From: Alkalispirochaeta sp.
Lineage (GTDB): Bacteria > Spirochaetota > Spirochaetia > DSM-27196 > Alkalispirochaetaceae
Direction: 5' to 3'
Length of the DNA stretch: 64,000 nucleotides
NCBI GenBank assembly: GCA_965601925.1
Contig: OZ271854.1
Span: 3,744,001 to 3,808,000, forward strand
A model generated the notes under the pieces. The model saw only the letters and a program-made list of their open reading frames with translations, was not told where the DNA came from and made no database searches. Each line of letters begins with the position of its first letter. The first letter of the stretch is position 1. Positions 18,301 to 28,863 of the stretch are shown here, piece after piece. Made by a program: the position numbers and the translations under genes.

Positions 18301-19152
18301 GTGCACCCGCAAGATGATTCCACCACCGCCGACGGATGGGACGCGCATGCAGCGCAGTACGCGCGCCTCTTCGCGCCCCTTACCGGCCACATCGCTCGCT
18401 CGATGCTGTGTTTGGTGCAGGGTCGTTTACCGTCCGCACCGCGTATCCTCGACATCGCCTGCGGGCCGGGCGATCTCTCCGTTGCCGCAGCGAACCTTTG
18501 CGCCTATCGTGGCGGCGGTTCGGTCCTCGCTACCGATATTTCTCTTGAGATGGTAGCGCTCACCGAGCGAGCATTAGCCTCGATAGACGCCGATACCCGC
18601 TGCGAGGTGCGCGACGGCCAAGCGCTCGCGCCGGACGACGGAGCCTTCGATGCGGCTTTCTCGTGCTTCGGTATCTTTCTCTTCCCGGATCGGCGCGCCG
18701 CGTGGCGGGCGGCAGCCGACGCACTGCAGCCCGGTGGATATCTGGCGACCTCCGTCTGGCGACGACCCGAGTACAATGAACTTTCGCGGGCTCAGATAGA
18801 ACCGCTCATGGCCGCTTTGCCCACGCGCCTGACCGATCCACCTCCGCGACCTCGATGGGCCGAGATCACAACGGCCGACGGCTTGGTGCATGAGGTGACT
18901 CAGTCGGCGCCTGTGGCGGACGCCGAAATTCACGTCATCGACGCGACGCTCGCCTTGCCTACGCCGCGCGCGATGTGGTGCGGTATGGTCGGAAATCCTA
19001 TCACGGGCGCCCTCATTGCTCAGTGCGATCCGGTTGAGCGAGAAACGGTTGAGCGCGCCGTCTTGGCGGCTTTCGAGCGTCGTAGCGGTGGTGCCGACCG
19101 GCCACTACTTCTGGATGCTTCATGCAACGTGCTTGTCGCGCGCCGGGTGTGA
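18301..19152 (+). CDS. Class I SAM-dependent methyltransferase (UbiE-like)
   Basis: ILDIACGPG, TDISLEM, FDAAFSCFGIFLFPD, LQPGG. Confidence 0.88.
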   Translation: MHPQDDSTTADGWDAHAAQYARLFAPLTGHIARSMLCLVQGRLPSAPRILDIACGPGDLSVAAANLCAYRGGGSVLATDISLEMVALTERALASIDADTRCEVRDGQALAPDDGAFDAAFSCFGIFLFPDRRAAWRAAADALQPGGYLATSVWRRPEYNELSRAQIEPLMAALPTRLTDPPPRPRWAEITTADGLVHEVTQSAPVADAEIHVIDATLALPTPRAMWCGMVGNPITGALIAQCDPVERETVERAVLAAFERRSGGADRPLLLDASCNVLVARRV

Positions 19153-19401
19153 TCCGATGCTACCGCGAGCCATAAGGACTTCAGCCTCGCTTCTCGCTTC
19201 GCATACTCTAAAACGGCGGAGGAAAATCTCGAGCCGATACCTTCCCTCGGGATACACACGCCGAGTTTTCCATTCTTCGCCCCCCGGACGTCGTACGCAT
19301 CCGACAAAACCCATGCATCGATCACTTTTATCCCGGACGAACGCGGTATCCGCTCCTCGTTGATCGCGGAAAGCACGGCTTCGTCCGTGTAGGATACTCA
19401 T
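19150..19401 (-). pseudogene. Frameshifted, truncated GNAT acetyltransferase fragment
   Basis: One frame reads ...DRCMGFVGCVRR..., another REGIGSRFSSAVLEYAKREARLKSLWLAVASD, a motif A-like segment. Confidence 0.4.
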
Positions 19402-19456
19402 TTTATCTCGGCCGGCCCGTCTATTTCGGTGCCGATTGAATGAGTGAGATATCCCC

Positions 19457-20197
19457 GTGACCGGCGTCCGCGCTGGGCTTGGGAGTTCCGGAACTCACCG
19501 TGTTGTTAGAAGATCGATTGCCCGACATGAAGGTGTCGAAGGATCTGGGGTACACCACCGGTACGTGACGTCGTCCCGCTTCGATGGTTACATTGTGATA
19601 ATTATCGGTACGCACGAAATCCATCCTACTTTTTGCCGCGTCGCCGCCGTCGAGTTGGGTCTCACGGACCACGAGATCACGTACCTATGGTCTTGTGGCG
19701 AATCCCGCCATTTTGCGGGACGAGAACACCTCATACGACCAAACGTTGCACCGGATGGCTTTCATGTCGTGTTGGACGGCGTCGTGCGTGAGTACGTAAT
19801 CGACGACGGCCGTCTCATAACCGTCTACTTTTGCCCGGAGGGTGATCTCACCGGTACCGAAGCGATCATTGCGAGCGACGCCGCGCCGGTGGCCGCGGAG
19901 GCGATTGTGCCGGTAGTTAGTCGTTTTTTTCACCGGTCGCGGATCGACAAGCTGAAACGGACGTTCGCACCGTGGCCCTCGATCGCGCACCGTGTCGCCG
20001 AGCTGTCGTACCTCGCCGTACAGCGTCGCGTTCGACTGCTTCAAACACGACCGGCACGCCGCCGAGTCGAAGCATTTCTTGCGTCGCGGCCGTCGGTTAT
20101 CGCGCGCGTCCCGCAACACTTAGTTGCCGAGTACTTGAACGTCGAGCCGGAGACCTTGTCGCGGATTCGTGCCGCCGCCAACCGTTCTGTGGATTGA
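19457..20197 (+). CDS. Crp/Fnr-family transcriptional regulator (start uncertain)
   Basis: cNMP-binding-like VLDGVVREY...FCPEGD; HTH VPQHLVAEYLNVEPETLSRIR. Confidence 0.85.
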   Translation: MTGVRAGLGSSGTHRVVRRSIARHEGVEGSGVHHRYVTSSRFDGYIVIIIGTHEIHPTFCRVAAVELGLTDHEITYLWSCGESRHFAGREHLIRPNVAPDGFHVVLDGVVREYVIDDGRLITVYFCPEGDLTGTEAIIASDAAPVAAEAIVPVVSRFFHRSRIDKLKRTFAPWPSIAHRVAELSYLAVQRRVRLLQTRPARRRVEAFLASRPSVIARVPQHLVAEYLNVEPETLSRIRAAANRSVD

Positions 20198-20216
20198 GAC
20201 CCGACGCGCGCAACCG

Positions 20217-20258
20217 TTGACAATTATCAATGATCGCTGTGACCCATGCCGCTACCTT
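20217..20258 (+). promoter_or_regulatory. Fnr-type box and class II promoter for the MFS-hydrolase operon
   Basis: TTGACaattATCAA at 20217-20230; -10-like TACCTT at 20253-58; ATG at 20266. Confidence 0.6.
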
Positions 20259-20265
20259 GGCGGCT

Positions 20266-21687
20266 ATGTGTCGACTTAAGACGCGCACCAAAGTCGGATA
20301 CGGGATCGGCGAGCTCGGCGTGAGCATGATGTTCACGATGATCGGAACGTTTCTGCTGACCTACCTAACCACAGTCGTCGGGATAACCACCGCAGTTGCC
20401 GGAATCGTCTTAGGTGTCGGAAGGATCTGGGACGTGTTAATGGACCCCATGGTGGGTCATCTGTCGGATCAGACCCGCTCGCGGTGGGGGAGGCGACGCC
20501 CGTGGCTTTTCGGCGGGTCCTGGCTCGCGTTCGGAGCGATCGTATTGATGTTTTCTCCGCCCCCGATCGGGCTGCTCGAGGCACTCGGCATGTCGACTAT
20601 AGCCTGGGTCGTTGTTACCACGTGCCTACTAAACAGCGGGTTCTCCGCGGTCGTCATACCCTACGGCGCATTGACGCCGGAACTCACCGACGACTTCGAA
20701 GAACGTACGTCGGTGAACGGGTGGCGCATGTCGTTTTCGATCGTTGGAACGTTGGTCGGGGCCGGGGCGGTAGTGCAGCTGGTCGGCTGGTTCGGAGGGG
20801 GAGCGTCCGGTTGGCAACGCATGGCGATCGCGGCGGGTGCGATCGCGGCGGCCACCGCATTGACGGCGTTTGCGTCGGTTCGCGAGCGTCCGGCGTCCGT
20901 CTCTCACACCCGAACGGGGGCGTTCCGTTCGTACGCGCACGCGCTCAACCTCAGACCGTTTCTTCTGGTTTTGATTCCATGGACGCTCCACGTAACCGGG
21001 ATCTCTATCATTCAGGCAAACCTCTTGTTCGCATTCACCGCGATCTACGGCAGACCCCATGCGTTTTCGTTTGGATTTCTGGTGCTGTTGGCCGGCGCGA
21101 TCGTTGCGACGCCGGTGTGGGTTCGTCTGGCCGGCCGTGTCGGTAAGCGCGAGGGCTACAACATCGGTATGGTGTTGCTCGCGATCACGATGCTGCTCTT
21201 CTTTCTATTCGGTCCGGGTGAAAGCGTGTTCGCTATGTACATAACGATGTTCGCCGCCGGTTTCGGAGTCGCGGCTAACGACGTGCTTCCCGCCTCGATG
21301 CTACCCGACGTGGTTGAGTACGACTTTGCCGAAAGCGGTGTACGGCGCGAGGGCGTATTCTACAGCCTGTGGTCGCTCGCCGCAAAGCTTGGCCAAGGGG
21401 TCGGCTTGACGATATCGGGATTGATGCTCGGTTGGTTCGGGTTCGTCGAGGGCGCCGACGGTATCTTGCCGGCACAACCGGCACGTGCACTGTTTGGAAT
21501 CCGACTCTTGCTCGGACCGATCGCTGCGTTATTCTTCGTCGCGGGAGCCGTGGTCCTGCGCCACTATCCGATCACCCGCGATGCGTACGCGGCGATTCAA
21601 CACAGAGTTCGGGCCAAGAGGTCGACGGCCGCATCGGGCGGCGGGACCGCTGGCGGCTTTCAGCCCTCGAGGGGAGACAACGTATGA
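20266..21687 (+). CDS. MFS transporter, GPH/MelB (glycoside-pentoside-hexuronide:cation) family
   Basis: DPMVGHLSDQTRSRWGRRRPW, PELTDDFEERT, PDVVEYD...RREGVFY; about 12 TM segments. Confidence 0.92.
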   Translation: MCRLKTRTKVGYGIGELGVSMMFTMIGTFLLTYLTTVVGITTAVAGIVLGVGRIWDVLMDPMVGHLSDQTRSRWGRRRPWLFGGSWLAFGAIVLMFSPPPIGLLEALGMSTIAWVVVTTCLLNSGFSAVVIPYGALTPELTDDFEERTSVNGWRMSFSIVGTLVGAGAVVQLVGWFGGGASGWQRMAIAAGAIAAATALTAFASVRERPASVSHTRTGAFRSYAHALNLRPFLLVLIPWTLHVTGISIIQANLLFAFTAIYGRPHAFSFGFLVLLAGAIVATPVWVRLAGRVGKREGYNIGMVLLAITMLLFFLFGPGESVFAMYITMFAAGFGVAANDVLPASMLPDVVEYDFAESGVRREGVFYSLWSLAAKLGQGVGLTISGLMLGWFGFVEGADGILPAQPARALFGIRLLLGPIAALFFVAGAVVLRHYPITRDAYAAIQHRVRAKRSTAASGGGTAGGFQPSRGDNV

Positions 21688-22553
21688 GTTGGGACATTGC
21701 GACGTTGGATACGATCGGTCCTGGGCCGGTGCGCGTCGGTCGGTTCAGCACCGCCGAATCGAACGCAACGGGAGCGACCGTGCTCTTTGTACCGGGGCGA
21801 GGTGACAGTCTTGAGTTACGTACTCCGGTCGCTGAGCAACTAACCACGCGCGGAATGACCGTCGTGATGGCCGAACACCACGGGCAAGGAGGGTCCGGAC
21901 ACCTTGGCGTTCATACCGACGCCGTCCATATCGGCGACTTTGCGATACATCTCGCCGTAGTCGACGCGTTGGTCGACCACATCGAAGGTCCGCTCATCCT
22001 CATGGGACACTCGATGGGAAGCCTGATCGCGACGCACCTTTTAACACGTCGCCCCCATCGATTTCGGGCGGCGATCCTCATCAGTCCGATGTGGGGCTTT
22101 CCCCCGGGTTCACCGGCACGCGTGGTGCGGTTGGTGGCGCGCGGTGCGACGTGGCTCGGGGCGGGGCGCACCTTCGCGGCCGGTGAACGTCCCTTCAATA
22201 TCGAGACGTGTGTCGACATGCGTACGGGCGACGCGGCGGCCGGTAGGCGTTTGGAACACTTCGCCTCCGAACACCGTGACCTGGTGCGCGGAGGGTCCAC
22301 GTGGGGCTGGGCGGCCGCGGCAGCCGACGCGATCGTTGCACTCGACCGGCTGCCGTTGGATGCCGTGTCGTGCCCGGTACTGGTCGTCACATGCAGCGGC
22401 GACACAACCGTTTCACTCAAAGCGCACACGCGCTTCACTCCTCGTTTTGGAGAAGGGCGATTGTTACGGCTCCCGGGGCACCATGACGCGCTCTCGGAGG
22501 GACCGGAGATTACCAGTGTGCTGTGGCACGGTATCGATGCACTGTTAGGTTGA
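21684..22553 (+). CDS. Alpha/beta hydrolase (PldB lysophospholipase-like)
   Basis: PGRGD, HHGQGGS, nucleophile GHSMG, GDTTV, HHDAL; ATGA coupling. Confidence 0.88.
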   Translation: MSWDIATLDTIGPGPVRVGRFSTAESNATGATVLFVPGRGDSLELRTPVAEQLTTRGMTVVMAEHHGQGGSGHLGVHTDAVHIGDFAIHLAVVDALVDHIEGPLILMGHSMGSLIATHLLTRRPHRFRAAILISPMWGFPPGSPARVVRLVARGATWLGAGRTFAAGERPFNIETCVDMRTGDAAAGRRLEHFASEHRDLVRGGSTWGWAAAAADAIVALDRLPLDAVSCPVLVVTCSGDTTVSLKAHTRFTPRFGEGRLLRLPGHHDALSEGPEITSVLWHGIDALLG

Positions 22554-22967
22554 TGGACGTGAGCCAAGATGAAGCGCACCCCGAGGGAGCGATGATATGA
22601 TTCGTTTTCACCGTCCGGCATCGGTGACGCCGAGTCGCCTACCGCTATCAAGGAGGCTACAGAAATTTCGCTTGAGCCGACGCGTTCTCGACGCCCGTCG
22701 TCGGATAACTCGGCCGGGCCTCGTATCGGCTACGACACACGTCCGAACGCGGTGCACCGTGCACCAAGCACGCCTGTGATGGCTCAGCTCGGCGTCGTAT
22801 TGCGCAACTAAGAACCGAAGCCGTTACGCGACGTGGTACTATGTCGGTGCCCGCCGGCTCGATGTCGCGAGGTCGAAAAGGTGAAGTGCAGAGGCGTGCG
22901 ACGGCGCCGGCATGGGAGGACGGTCGTTGTCGAACGGGTCGTTCGGGCAAGGGACGCAGGACCGATC

Positions 22968-23825
22968 ATGGATCACGCGGAACGGATAAACGCCGCCTTA
23001 CGGTATATCGAGAATCACCTGGGAGACGCCGTCGATTTGGATTCGTTGGCGAGACAGGCGGCGCTGTCGCGCTTTCATTTCGACCGCATATTTCGCGCCC
23101 TTGTCGGACAGTCGCCCATGAAATATCTCCTGAGGCGACGGTTAGCTTTGTCTATCGACAAGCTTTCCAACACATCACTTCGTGTATTGGATATTGCGTT
23201 ACACTGTGGGTTCAACTCGCACGAGTCGTTCGATCGGGCGTTTCGGCGCGAGTTTGGACTTACCCCTTCGGCGCTACGGCATGGGGTCGCACCACCGGAA
23301 ACCCAGCCTCGCGTCATGGTCGGCCCCCTCGACACCAAGCTTTCCGACGGGCGGGTCGTCCCCGATCCACCTATTGTCGACCTTCCCAAGTGTACGATTG
23401 GAGCATACCGGTATCACGGACGAGACACTCAAGCCATCGGCCGCGTATGGGATCTCTTTTGGCAATATGCGAGTGAATCGGACCCCTTTCGAGATAGGTC
23501 CGAGTTCTTCGGCGTGTGTCGGCACGACGTCGAATCCGACGGCGAGCACGGGTTTGACTACTACGCGGGAGCGGTGCTGCATGGAGACCGCAACGTTCCG
23601 AAAGGAATGACGATGACGACACTTCCTTCGTCGTCCTACTTTCTGTTTTCCCATCGAGGAGGGCCCTCGACGATCGGCAACACGTACGAGAAGATCTATG
23701 GTTGGTGGCTGCCCCGTGCCGATCAGATACCAAGCGCGGCCTACGATGTATTGCGTGTCGACTCCAGGTTCCGTGGAGCGGACGACGCCGGAACACTCGA
23801 AATTCTCGTTCCCGTGTGCGTATAA
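22968..23825 (+). CDS. AraC-family regulator with C-terminal GyrI-like effector domain
   Basis: N-terminal double HTH (LSRFHFDRIF; CGFNSHESFDRAFRREFGLTP); GyrI-like C-terminus (FSHRG...IYGWWLP). Confidence 0.92.
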   Translation: MDHAERINAALRYIENHLGDAVDLDSLARQAALSRFHFDRIFRALVGQSPMKYLLRRRLALSIDKLSNTSLRVLDIALHCGFNSHESFDRAFRREFGLTPSALRHGVAPPETQPRVMVGPLDTKLSDGRVVPDPPIVDLPKCTIGAYRYHGRDTQAIGRVWDLFWQYASESDPFRDRSEFFGVCRHDVESDGEHGFDYYAGAVLHGDRNVPKGMTMTTLPSSSYFLFSHRGGPSTIGNTYEKIYGWWLPRADQIPSAAYDVLRVDSRFRGADDAGTLEILVPVCV

Positions 23826-23909
23826 AAAAAGCAAAAGCTGTCAAGAACTCTTCACTCGGGTCCCGATATCCTTCAGTCGGTCCACCACATGACAAGGAGG
23901 AGCGGGAGC

Positions 23910-24773
23910 ATGACGGACACGAAAAGGAGGGTCGCACTGGTGACCGGCGCCAGCAGAGGGGTCGGGAGGGGCATCGCACTCGGATTAGGCGAGGCCGGTT
24001 TCTCGGTGTACGTGACCGGTAGGACCTTGATCGCCGACGGCTCGGAGGGCATTCCCGGATCACTTGAGCGGACCGTTTCGGAGATCGCGGAGTTGGGCGG
24101 TATCGGCGTAGCCGTCAGGTGTGATCACACCGACGACCGACACGTTACGAACCTTTTTGGACGAATCGAACGCGAGTCCGGGCGGCTGGATCTTCTGGTA
24201 AACGCCGCTTGGGGCGGGTACGAGCACATGTTCGACAGCGGGGAAGGGTACATCTGGGAGCGACCGTTTTGGCGGCAGAACTCGGCGCAGTGGGACGGGA
24301 TGTTCGACGCGGGTGTGCGGGCGGCGTATGTAGCCAGCTCGCTGGCGGCGAAACGAATGACTCGAAGTCGCAGCGGCATCATTCTCAACCTCTCACACCC
24401 AGCTGCTCGGACACCCAGCGCGAATGTCGCATACGGCGTATCCAAGGCGGCGACGGACAAGCTGACCGAGGAGTGTGCGAGACATCTACACCCCTTTACC
24501 GTGGCGGTGCTTTCCCTCTATCCGGGACTGGTACGAACCGAACGCGTTATGCTCGCCGCTCAGGCGCTCGATCTCACGAACTCTGAGTCGCCGCAGTTCG
24601 TCGGGAGGGTCGTGGCCGCACTGGCCGGGGATCCGCGGGTGATGGAAAAAAGCGGTAAGGCTCACGTTATCGCTCACCTCGCGCGCGAGTACGGTGTTTT
24701 GGACACCGATGGATCCGGTCCGTCGCCGGTATTCGACGTGACCGGGCAACGTTCAGACAGTCGCGACAACTGA
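23910..24773 (+). CDS. SDR oxidoreductase (DHRS1-like)
   Basis: TGASRGVG, LVNAAW, YGVSK, SLYPGLVRTE. Confidence 0.92.
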   Translation: MTDTKRRVALVTGASRGVGRGIALGLGEAGFSVYVTGRTLIADGSEGIPGSLERTVSEIAELGGIGVAVRCDHTDDRHVTNLFGRIERESGRLDLLVNAAWGGYEHMFDSGEGYIWERPFWRQNSAQWDGMFDAGVRAAYVASSLAAKRMTRSRSGIILNLSHPAARTPSANVAYGVSKAATDKLTEECARHLHPFTVAVLSLYPGLVRTERVMLAAQALDLTNSESPQFVGRVVAALAGDPRVMEKSGKAHVIAHLAREYGVLDTDGSGPSPVFDVTGQRSDSRDN

Positions 24774-24964
24774 AGCTCGCAGTGCTTTTTGCGGCGCCGC
24801 ACATCGCACGCATCGGGCCGCCGTCGTCACGTAGCGATTTTCGCGCGGTTGAGGTTACCAAAAGCGGGTGTTTCGCCGTCGTCGTGCCGGAACGCCGCGT
24901 GGAGCGCCGACGCCGGTGCGCGAGATCGGGTGCGACGCGAACTGAGTTCAAGAGTACTGAGATA

Positions 24965-25840
24965 TCATCTATCCAAAAATTCGATATGGAGTCGTTGTAA
25001 GCGCTTCCGATCGGCAATCAACTCAATATCGACGATACGATCATCTCGAAAGGTGAAGCTGAAGGCGACGCGAAGCTTCCCGTTGGGAGCCCATGCCGCC
25101 GCTGCGACGCCGTTTATCGTCGCGCGGCGCGCATCATCGGCGCCCCCATTAAAGAAGTCGGCCACATTTGTACCGCCCGCGATCTCCTTCGGCGCTCCGA
25201 TCAAGGCGGCAAACTCGTCGGCCCGGAGGCGACATTCGGGATGCAGCACGCCGAGGAGTGTCTCGAGATCACCTTCGCGTGCCGCTTTGAGAAAAGCGTC
25301 GACGAGTCGTCGGTCCTGCCGTTGTCCGGTATCCGTTTTGTCGGCGAGCGCGCCGCGAAGGCGGCGACGGGCTCTGCTTGCAAGCTGTCGGGACGCCGTA
25401 GCCGTGCATCCGATGATGGCGGCAATCTCCTTGAAGGGCACGCCGAACATATCGTGCAGTACCAAAGCGACGCGCTCCGACGGACTGAGTGTGTCGAGCA
25501 CGATCAGGAGCGCCGGGCCGATTGAGTCTGCAAGAATTGCCGCCTCCTCGGGGTCGGCCGTGTCGGCATCGACCATTCGGTCGGATCCGCGTAGGTCTAA
25601 CGACTCCTCCCGTCGTGTCGTGCGCGAGCGGAGCATATCCAGGCAGATACGCGCCACCACCGTTGTGAGCCAGCCCGCGAGGTTGTCGATTCTCTCGGCA
25701 TCGATTCGGCTCAGACGAAGCCAGGTCTCCTGTACCGCATCATCGGCGTCCGCTTCGGAGCCGAGCATCCGAAACGCGATCTTCCTAAGACGGGGCCGAC
25801 TCTCTTCGAAACGCTGGGCCAGTCGGTGTTGCTCGTCCAC
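24965..25840 (-). CDS. ECF sigma factor with SnoaL-like C-terminal extension (ECF41/SigJ type)
   Basis: AFRMLGSEADADDAVQETWLR, WLTTVVARICLDMLRS, LHDMFGVPF, ASRARRR, VDAFLKAAREGD. Confidence 0.9.
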   Translation of the reverse strand: MDEQHRLAQRFEESRPRLRKIAFRMLGSEADADDAVQETWLRLSRIDAERIDNLAGWLTTVVARICLDMLRSRTTRREESLDLRGSDRMVDADTADPEEAAILADSIGPALLIVLDTLSPSERVALVLHDMFGVPFKEIAAIIGCTATASRQLASRARRRLRGALADKTDTGQRQDRRLVDAFLKAAREGDLETLLGVLHPECRLRADEFAALIGAPKEIAGGTNVADFFNGGADDARRATINGVAAAAWAPNGKLRVAFSFTFRDDRIVDIELIADRKRLQRLHIEFLDR

Positions 25841-25901
25841 CTATCGTACTCCTCTCGTTCGTTCCGGTATGGGGAGTCGCACGCCGAGGCGGGATTGACT
25901 C

Positions 25902-26237
25902 TCACCGCGCCTCGGCGACGGCGCCTGCCGCCGCGCGGAACGACGCGCGAAAGATACGGATCCCCCACAGGATGCTCCATCCCCAGACTGCAAAGATGAG
26001 AGGGGCGGGCCAGGAGACCGCCGAGGTGTAGACGAGCGCGACCGCGCCGAGATCGGCCGCGACGTGAGCAACGCCCACGCTAAGAGTGCCGTAGTGCTTC
26101 GCCTTGATACCGATGAGGACGCTGCCGAGTCCCGCGACGGGTACGATATTGAGTACGAGACCCGCAATGCCCCACGGGAGGCGCGGAACGGACGGTACGG
26201 CAAAAAAGCGTGCTGTGCCGTATAGCATATTGACCAT
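25902..26237 (-). CDS. Small membrane protein co-oriented with the ECF sigma gene
   Basis: Three hydrophobic segments; GGAGAG SD; downstream of an ECF41-type promoter. Confidence 0.65.
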   Translation of the reverse strand: MVNMLYGTARFFAVPSVPRLPWGIAGLVLNIVPVAGLGSVLIGIKAKHYGTLSVGVAHVAADLGAVALVYTSAVSWPAPLIFAVWGWSILWGIRIFRASFRAAAGAVAEAR

Positions 26238-26247
26238 ACTCTCTCCT

Positions 26248-26310
26248 TGTCACGATACATTGATTTGGTTCGTCACTCTATATGACGAATAAACAGCGAG
26301 GAGTGTGACC
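26248..26310. promoter_or_regulatory. Two opposed ECF41-type promoters
   Basis: + strand TGTCACG-N16-CGTC (26248-26274); - strand GGTCACA-N16-CGTC (26310-26284). Confidence 0.75.
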
Positions 26311-26311
26311 G

Positions 26312-28747
26312 ATGCATGATGGGAATGCGGAGAGCCGGTACGTACGAGACGTCGCCGGTGCGGAGATGGACGTACCGAACAGTTCCTCAAACGGGCACCC
26401 AGCGGACAGCCACGATGCGATTCACGTCCAAGGTGCCCGGGAGAACAATCTGAAAGACGTCACCCTCAAGATCCCTAAGCGGCGGCTCACGGTGTTCACC
26501 GGCGTCTCCGGCTCCGGCAAAAGTTCGCTCGTCTTCGGTACGATCGCCACCGAATCGCAGCGCCTGATTAACGAAACCTACAGCGCCTTCCTGCAGGGCT
26601 TCATGCCGACCGTGGCGCGGCCCAACGTCGACGTTCTCGACGGGATTACGACGGTGATTATCGTCGATCAGGAACGAATGGGTGCCAATGCCCGCTCGAC
26701 GGTCGGCACGGCCACCGATGCCGCCGCCATGCTCCGTGTGCTTTGGAGTCGTCTCGGCCGACCCGCCATCGGTCCGCCGAAGGCGTTCGCCTTCAACGTC
26801 CCGTCGGTACGCGGTGTAGGACAGATCTCGATCACGCAACGAGACGGGACGACAAAGAGAGAGAAACGAGCATTCTCAGTCGCCGGCGGCATGTGTCCGC
26901 GCTGCGATGGGATGGGCGCGGTAACCGACATCGATCGAACCCAGCTCTATGACGAGAACAAGTCGCTCAACGACGGACCGTTCACCATTCCCGGTTACAA
27001 AGCCGGGGGGTGGGAGGTCCGTATCTTCTCCGACTCCGGCTTCTTCGATCCGGACAAGCCGATTCGGGACTACACCGAGAGTGAGCTCCACGATTTTCTC
27101 CACAGGGAGCCGATCAAGGTGAAGATAAACGGTACAAACATTACCTATGAGGGGTTGATCCCACGGATTCAGAGAGCCTTCCTCTCCAAAGACAAGGAGG
27201 CGATGCAGCCCCACATCCGCGCTTTTGTGGAACGGGCCGTTACCTTCACGACCTGCCCGGACTGCCGCGGTACCCGTCTCAACGAGGCGGCCCGCTCTTC
27301 GAAGGTCAAAGGCATAAGTATCGCCGACGCGTGCGCCATGCAGATCAGCGATTTGTCGCTGTGGATGCGGGAACTTGATGAGCCGTCCGTCGCGCCCCTT
27401 GTCGACTCCCTTCGCCGTACCCTCGGCTCCTTCGACGAGATCGGACTCGGATATCTTACACTCGATCGACCGTCCGGGACGCTCTCAGGCGGCGAGGCGC
27501 AACGTACGAAGATGATCCGCCACCTCGGTTCCGCACTCACCGACGTCACCTACGTCTTCGACGAGCCGACGATCGGGTTGCATCCCCACGATGTCAGGCG
27601 CATGAACGAACTACTGGTCAGACTTCGCGACAAGGGCAATACCGTCCTCGTAGTCGAGCACAAACCTGAGGTAATCGCAATCGCCGACCACGTCGTTGAT
27701 CTCGGTCCCGGGGCGGGAACGGCGGGCGGCGAGGTCGTTTTCGAGGGGTCCGTCGAGCGCTTGCGGACGAGCGGTACTCTCACCGGGCGGCATCTGTCGG
27801 ACCGAGCTTCGGTGAAGAGAGTGGTGCGAAGACCCACCGGCGCGATCGAGATACGGGGCGCGGCGACCAACAATCTGCAGAACGTCGACGTCGACATTCC
27901 TCTCGGCGTGCTCGTCGTATTGACCGGCGTCGCCGGGTCGGGAAAGAGCTCGCTCGTCGACGGCTCCATTGTCGGTAAAGACGGCGTGGTGACCGTTGAT
28001 CAAACGGCGATTCGCGGCTCGCGGAGAAGTAACCCGGCGACCTACACGGGCCTCCTCGATCCGGTACGCAAGGCCTTCGCGAAGGCAAACGGCGTGAAGC
28101 CGGCGCTCTTCAGCGCGAACTCCGAAGGGGCGTGTCCGACCTGCAACGGAGCCGGAGTTATTTACGCCGACCTCGGAATGGTGGCCGGCGTTGCGACGGT
28201 CTGCGAGGATTGCGGGGGGCGGCGCTTCGACTCATCGGTTCTCGAATACCGTTTTGGAGGTCGCACTATCGCGGACGTCTTCGATATGCCCGTGGAGGAT
28301 GCGGTGCGCTTCTTCGGCGAGGGAGAGGGCAAGATCACCGCAGCCCACGCCATTGTCGAACGAATGGCCGACGTGGGGCTGAGCTACCTGCGTCTCGGTC
28401 AGCCCCTCACGACGCTTTCCGGCGGCGAGCGGCAACGCCTGAAACTCGCGACACACATGGGCGAGGAGGGCGGTATCTATGTTCTCGACGAGCCGACTAC
28501 CGGACTGCACCTAGCGGACCTCGTGCAACTCCTCGGGCTCCTGGACGGGCTCGTGGACTCCGGCAAGTCGGTTATCGTGATCGAACACCATCTGTCGGTG
28601 ATGGCTCACGCCGATTGGATCATCGACCTCGGGCCCGGGGCGGGCCATGACGGCGGACGGGTCGTGTTCGAGGGCACCCCGGCGGATCTCGTGGCGGCGA
28701 AATCGACGGTGACCGGAGAGCATTTGGCGGCATTCGTCGAGAGTTGA
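26312..28747 (+). CDS. Class II UvrA-like ABC ATPase (UvrA2/DrrC-like)
   Basis: Two NBDs (GVSGSGKS...LSGGEAQR...[11 protein letters not shown]...LSGGERQR...DEP), Zn-finger Cys pairs; 811 aa, shorter than canonical UvrA; no uvrB/uvrC nearby. Confidence 0.9.
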   Translation: MHDGNAESRYVRDVAGAEMDVPNSSSNGHPADSHDAIHVQGARENNLKDVTLKIPKRRLTVFTGVSGSGKSSLVFGTIATESQRLINETYSAFLQGFMPTVARPNVDVLDGITTVIIVDQERMGANARSTVGTATDAAAMLRVLWSRLGRPAIGPPKAFAFNVPSVRGVGQISITQRDGTTKREKRAFSVAGGMCPRCDGMGAVTDIDRTQLYDENKSLNDGPFTIPGYKAGGWEVRIFSDSGFFDPDKPIRDYTESELHDFLHREPIKVKINGTNITYEGLIPRIQRAFLSKDKEAMQPHIRAFVERAVTFTTCPDCRGTRLNEAARSSKVKGISIADACAMQISDLSLWMRELDEPSVAPLVDSLRRTLGSFDEIGLGYLTLDRPSGTLSGGEAQRTKMIRHLGSALTDVTYVFDEPTIGLHPHDVRRMNELLVRLRDKGNTVLVVEHKPEVIAIADHVVDLGPGAGTAGGEVVFEGSVERLRTSGTLTGRHLSDRASVKRVVRRPTGAIEIRGAATNNLQNVDVDIPLGVLVVLTGVAGSGKSSLVDGSIVGKDGVVTVDQTAIRGSRRSNPATYTGLLDPVRKAFAKANGVKPALFSANSEGACPTCNGAGVIYADLGMVAGVATVCEDCGGRRFDSSVLEYRFGGRTIADVFDMPVEDAVRFFGEGEGKITAAHAIVERMADVGLSYLRLGQPLTTLSGGERQRLKLATHMGEEGGIYVLDEPTTGLHLADLVQLLGLLDGLVDSGKSVIVIEHHLSVMAHADWIIDLGPGAGHDGGRVVFEGTPADLVAAKSTVTGEHLAAFVES

Positions 28748-28803
28748 TCGAACGCCGTTCGATCGTCTTGAGGGACCGGATGTGCGGCCTATAGGAGTGC
28801 TGC

Positions 28804-28832
28804 TTGCAATAGTTACGATATGTAATTATAGT
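28804..28832 (+). promoter_or_regulatory. Sigma70 promoter with an overlapping inverted repeat (putative TetR operator)
   Basis: TTGCAA-N17-TATAGT; ATAGTTAC-gatat-GTAATTAT inverted repeat at 28809-28829. Confidence 0.55.
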
Positions 28833-28863
28833 GACGGATAGTAAATTCCGGAGGATGGCATCT

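Noticed and set aside
24789..25898. 369-aa plus-strand ORF
   Set aside because: Antisense shadow of the ECF sigma gene in high-GC DNA; Arg/Ser-rich and non-protein-like.
26312..28747. Canonical nucleotide-excision-repair uvrA
   Set aside because: Shorter class II architecture in an accessory context with no uvrB/uvrC, so the gene symbol was withheld.
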